Origin: Mantamonas sphyraenae STR306
Taxonomy: Eukaryota; Protista; CRuMs
Assembly: GCA_026936335.1 (NCBI GenBank)
Contig: JAPMXV010000068.1
Coordinates: forward strand, 62,001-126,000
DNA length: 64,000 nucleotides
Direction: 5' to 3'
Shown: positions 60,417 to 64,000 of the stretch, in pieces
How positions within the stretch are numbered: position 1 is the first letter of the stretch
Layout of the letters: each line of letters starts with the position of its first letter
Made by a program: the position numbers and the translations under genes
The notes under the pieces: generated by a model
What the model saw: only the letters and a program-made list of their open reading frames with translations
Told to the model about the DNA's origin: nothing
Database searches by the model: none

Positions 60417-62180
60417 ATGGAGGTGACACGCAAGAATTTCTTTTCGGTGCTGCCTGAGATCAAGCGGGTGCTGAAGACGGCACACTTTGTGAGCATGGAC
60501 ACCGAGTTGACGGGTCTGACGACGTTTGAGGGCAAGCGAGCAGCGTATCTGGACGATGGCCAAGAGCGATACACGAAGCTGGCGACGAGTGTGCGCCGTC
60601 TGAAGATCATTCAGTATGGCCTGTGTGCGTTTGAGTGGGACGACGTGCGTCGCGAGTACATTGTGACGCCATTCAGTTTCTACCTGTTCCCGCGATACCA
60701 AGACGTGATGTACGCGTGCCAGTCGTCGTCGCTGATGTTTCTCGCCGAGCACAACTTTAACTTTAACAAGATGATTTACGAGGGGATCTCGTACATGAAC
60801 AAAAAGGAAGAGGAGCGCTGGCTGCGCATTCATCAGAAACCTGTGACGGGCGGGGCGTCCTCCAGCAGCAGCAGTAGCAGTAGCAGTAGCAGCAGCAGCA
60901 GCAGCAGCAGTTCGTCCAAGGCACAGGGCAACGGACGCAACGAGGACATTGTGATCACGCAGGAACGAGACAAGGTGTTTGTGGAGAGCGTGCTGACGCC
61001 GCTGAGCGAATGGGTGGAGGCAGTGCAAAAGGGAGAGGAGGGTGTGGACGGAGAGTTTGTGACGTACCCAATCAACGGGTTCCAGCGTCGTCTGCTGCAT
61101 CAGGAGGTGCGGAACCGGTTTGGAGAGAGCGTGCACACACAGAGTGTGGAAGCAATTCCGGAGAACAAGGAGCCCGACGTGATGCCGCCGGACAACAAGC
61201 CGCTGAAGAGCGGGTTCAAAGGACACAAGTTTATGCGCATGCGTGTGGTGGACGCCGAGCAGAGGATGGAGATCGAAGACAAGGCGGCAAAGGAGGCGCA
61301 GGAGAAACTGGACGACGCGCTGGGTTTCCGACTGGTGATGGACTATGTGAGCGAGCTGAAGCTGCCGGTGGTGGGTCACAACTGTCTGTTGGACCTGCTG
61401 CACACGGTGGACAAGTTCCATGCGCCGCTGCCAGAGACGCTGGCGGAGTACAAGCAGACGATGCAGGCGTACATGCCGACGGTTGTGGACACCAAGTGGA
61501 TTGCGAGGTACATGCTGAGCGACATGCTTCCTGTGAATCACCTGGGAGACCTGTACACGCACGTGGCGAGCGAGGAGTCGCCGCTGAGCGAGCCTGTGGT
61601 TGCGTTTCGGGACGGATACGCAATGGGTGTGGAGCAGATGCACGACGCAGGATACGACGCGTACATGACGGGATTCATCTTTGCACGCATGGCGGACCAT
61701 GTGGCGCGGAATGAGGTGAGCAGCGATGTGGACATCTACGAGGATGCAGACGGAAACGGGACGCCGTATGTGGTGAGCGAGCAAGGGATGGCGTCGTACG
61801 CAAACAAGATCAATCTGATGCGTAGCGAGATGCACCTGAATCTGGCCGGGGAGGATCCGGCTGTGGATCGCAGCCACGTGTTCCACGTGAGCGAGTTTCC
61901 GACGGAGTGGCGCACGAAGGATCTGCAGACGGCGTTTGAGGCATGCGGACGGGTGAGTGTGACGTGGATTGACGACACGAGCGCATACGTGTCTCTGCAC
62001 GACGACAAGAACGTGGAGATTGCGCATTCGCTGGACGGGGTGGATGGGATGTGTGTGCTGGGCTACGACGAGTACAAATCGGACGTGATGCGTGAAGACG
62101 CATCCGGAGCGAGCCGCAAGCGCAAGAAGCACGGCCAAGAGGACGGAGGTGAGGATGGTTGGGCATGCACGGTGCAGTAG
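60417..62180 (+). CDS. PARN: Poly(A)-specific ribonuclease PARN (587 aa)
   Basis: MEVTRKNF, DTELTGL, GHNCLLD and HDAGYDAYMTG (DEDD); R3H-like GFQRRLLHQ; RRM HVFHVSEFPTEW..WIDDTSAYV. Confidence 0.93.
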   Translation: MEVTRKNFFSVLPEIKRVLKTAHFVSMDTELTGLTTFEGKRAAYLDDGQERYTKLATSVRRLKIIQYGLCAFEWDDVRREYIVTPFSFYLFPRYQDVMYACQSSSLMFLAEHNFNFNKMIYEGISYMNKKEEERWLRIHQKPVTGGASSSSSSSSSSSSSSSSSSSSKAQGNGRNEDIVITQERDKVFVESVLTPLSEWVEAVQKGEEGVDGEFVTYPINGFQRRLLHQEVRNRFGESVHTQSVEAIPENKEPDVMPPDNKPLKSGFKGHKFMRMRVVDAEQRMEIEDKAAKEAQEKLDDALGFRLVMDYVSELKLPVVGHNCLLDLLHTVDKFHAPLPETLAEYKQTMQAYMPTVVDTKWIARYMLSDMLPVNHLGDLYTHVASEESPLSEPVVAFRDGYAMGVEQMHDAGYDAYMTGFIFARMADHVARNEVSSDVDIYEDADGNGTPYVVSEQGMASYANKINLMRSEMHLNLAGEDPAVDRSHVFHVSEFPTEWRTKDLQTAFEACGRVSVTWIDDTSAYVSLHDDKNVEIAHSLDGVDGMCVLGYDEYKSDVMREDASGASRKRKKHGQEDGGEDGWACTVQ

Positions 62181-62243
62181 GGGAATAGTGGGGAGTTGGG
62201 TGTGCGCCGGGGGAGCCACGGAGAAGAAAGAAACTGGGGAGTG

Positions 62244-64000
62244 ATGTCCACCCGCAAAAACTACAAAGAGTTGGATTTGGAGCAGAGTGTGCTGCTGGTA
62301 GGTGGCGGAGGAGGAGGAGGGTTGTGGCGAGGGCCCAAGGGTTGACACTCGGTCTTGCGTTTTCCGGTTCCGGCTGCAGGACTGCTTTGGGACGATGGGC
62401 TCTGTGGTGGCGCGAAAGGTGCGGTGTTCGGGAGAGGAGGGAGAGGCGTATGCGAAAATGGAGGAGGGGAAGGAAGAGGCTGCGGGCAAGGGGAAGGGTA
62501 CGGCGGGGGCGGATCACATTCCGCTGGGGACGCTGCTGAAAAAGGTCTGGCCGTACATTTGGCCAAAGGACAACACGGGCCTGCATGCAAGGGTTGTGAT
62601 CTCGTTTGTGCTGCTTGTGGTGAGCAAAGTGATTACGGTGGCGCTTCCGTTGCTGTACCGGCACGTTGTGGACGCGCTGATCAGCAATACGGTGGTGGAC
62701 GGGGCAGATGCGATGACGTGGGTGGTTGTGTACGGTGTGTTGCGGCTGATCAACACGGTGGTGAAGGATCTGCGTCGGCTGGTGTGGATCCGGGTGTCGC
62801 AGTTTGCGAGCAAGACACTGAACGCGGACTTGTTTCGTGAACTGATGGCTCTGAGCCAGCGGTACCATGTGCAAGAGCGCAAGACGGGCGAGGTGTTGCG
62901 TATCATGCAGCGTGGCACGTCTTCTGTGTCGTCGCTGCTGAGCATGCTGCTGTTTTCGATTGTTCCGACTCTGCTGCAACTGCTGTTGACGGTAACTGTG
63001 TTTCTTGCGCTGGACCTGCCTGCAATTGCGGTGGTGGTGGCGATGAGCATCATTTCGTATGCGATGTACACGATTTTCATCACGGAGTGGCGTGCAAAGT
63101 ACAGGCACTGGGCGATCAAGGCGGACAACAAGATGACGCAAGCGGCGACGGACAGCATCCTGAACGTGGCACTGGTGAAGCAGTTTGCAGCGGAGCAGGA
63201 GGCATTGGACCGGTTTGAGGAGCGGATTGAGTATGCGCAGACGGTGATGGTGCGTTCGGAAGAGACGCTGTTTGTGCTGAACGCGGGCCAGACGATCATT
63301 GTGGAGGTGGGGCTGCTCATTTGCATGCTGATTGCAGGGTATGCAGTGACAAGCAGCAGCCTGACGGTGGGCACGTTTGTGATGACGGTGTCGTACATGC
63401 TGTCTTTGATCAGCCCGCTGGGATGGCTGGGGTCGTCGTACAGGCTGCTGAGCAACGCGTTTATCGACATGACGGCGCTGTTCAAGCTGCTGGAGCGGGA
63501 GATTGAGATCAAGGACAAACCGGACGCGGTGGAGCTTGCGTGGGACAAGGACATGGCGGGGGTGAAGCGGCGAGTGGAGTTTAAGGACGTGCACTTTGGG
63601 TACAGCGCAGAGACGCCTGTGTTGAAGGGGGTGTCGTTCAGCGCACAGGGGAACAAGGTGGCGATTGTGGGGAGCAGCGGAGCGGGGAAATCGACGATTG
63701 CCAAGCTGCTGTTCCGCTTCTACGACGTGATGGAAGGAAGCGTGTGTGTGGACGGACACGACGTGCGGGACTTGCAGATGCACTCGCTGAGGCGAAACAT
63801 TGGGATTGTGTCGCAGGACATTGCGCTGTTTTCAGACACGATTATGGCGAACCTGCGTTTTGCACGGAGCGATGCGACGGACGAGGAGGTGTACGAGGCT
63901 TGCCGTGCGGCGTCGATCCACGACTTTATCATGGGGCTTCCGGATGGGTACGAGACACAGGTGGGGGAACGTGGCTTGCGGCTGAGTGGCGGGGAGAGGC
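62244..64000 (+). CDS. ABCB6/HMT1/ATM1-type half ABC transporter (3' end runs off the window)
   Basis: Exons 62244-62297 and 62380 onward (82-nt intron). WPYIWPKD, RKTGEVLRIMQRG, ITEWR, Walker A GSSGAGKST, LFRFYD, signature LSGGER. Confidence 0.9.

Noticed and set aside
59640-62489. 949-aa minus-strand ORF
   Set aside because: Only its last ~190 codons are plausible (exon 1 of the 56618-60347 gene); the rest is antisense to PARN and the ABC gene.
1-64000. Alternative genetic code, selenocysteine or non-canonical introns
   Set aside because: TAA, TAG and TGA all end genes at expected positions, and all but two ORF breaks are resolved cleanly by GT-AG introns.
1-64000. Prokaryotic operon, prophage, transposon or metabolic gene cluster
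   Set aside because: Genes are eukaryotic, contain introns, switch strand often and are functionally unrelated. No transposase, integrase, reverse transcriptase or terminal repeats were seen.

Overview
A GC-rich, extremely compact eukaryotic genome segment, most likely from a flagellated protist (it carries ciliary genes). It has GT-AG spliceosomal introns and uses the standard code; most of the ORF track is antisense or shadow-frame noise. I reconstruct about 29 protein-coding genes: a partial coiled-coil gene, a TauD-like dioxygenase, a calpain-7-like protease, a TPS-TPS-TPP fusion, PEN-2, a DFR-like reductase, CFAP44, two AIG1/rolling-stone-like membrane proteins, GPN2, CPLANE2/RSG1, ATM, L-asparaginase, an SDR, a histone-fold protein, TMEM222/RTE1, ECM29, two axonemal-dynein-light-chain-domain proteins, TRAPPC13, SETD9, an LRRIQ1-like protein, a thioredoxin-fold protein, PARN, a partial ABCB6/HMT1-like transporter and several hypotheticals. 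No tRNA, rRNA, CRISPR array or mobile element was recognised. The most notable points are: (1) a three-module trehalose enzyme with an intact TPS, a degenerate TPS and a TPP; (2) a calpain whose N-terminus carries CUE/UIM-like ubiquitin-binding motifs; (3) CDS-to-CDS spacers of mostly 5-130 bp, generally shorter than the introns; (4) one 283-bp, hairpin-rich spacer that may hide an ncRNA; (5) GC-skew domains that ignore gene strand; (6) strongly 5'-biased introns. Exon boundaries were read by eye and family calls come from remembered motifs; no searches were run.
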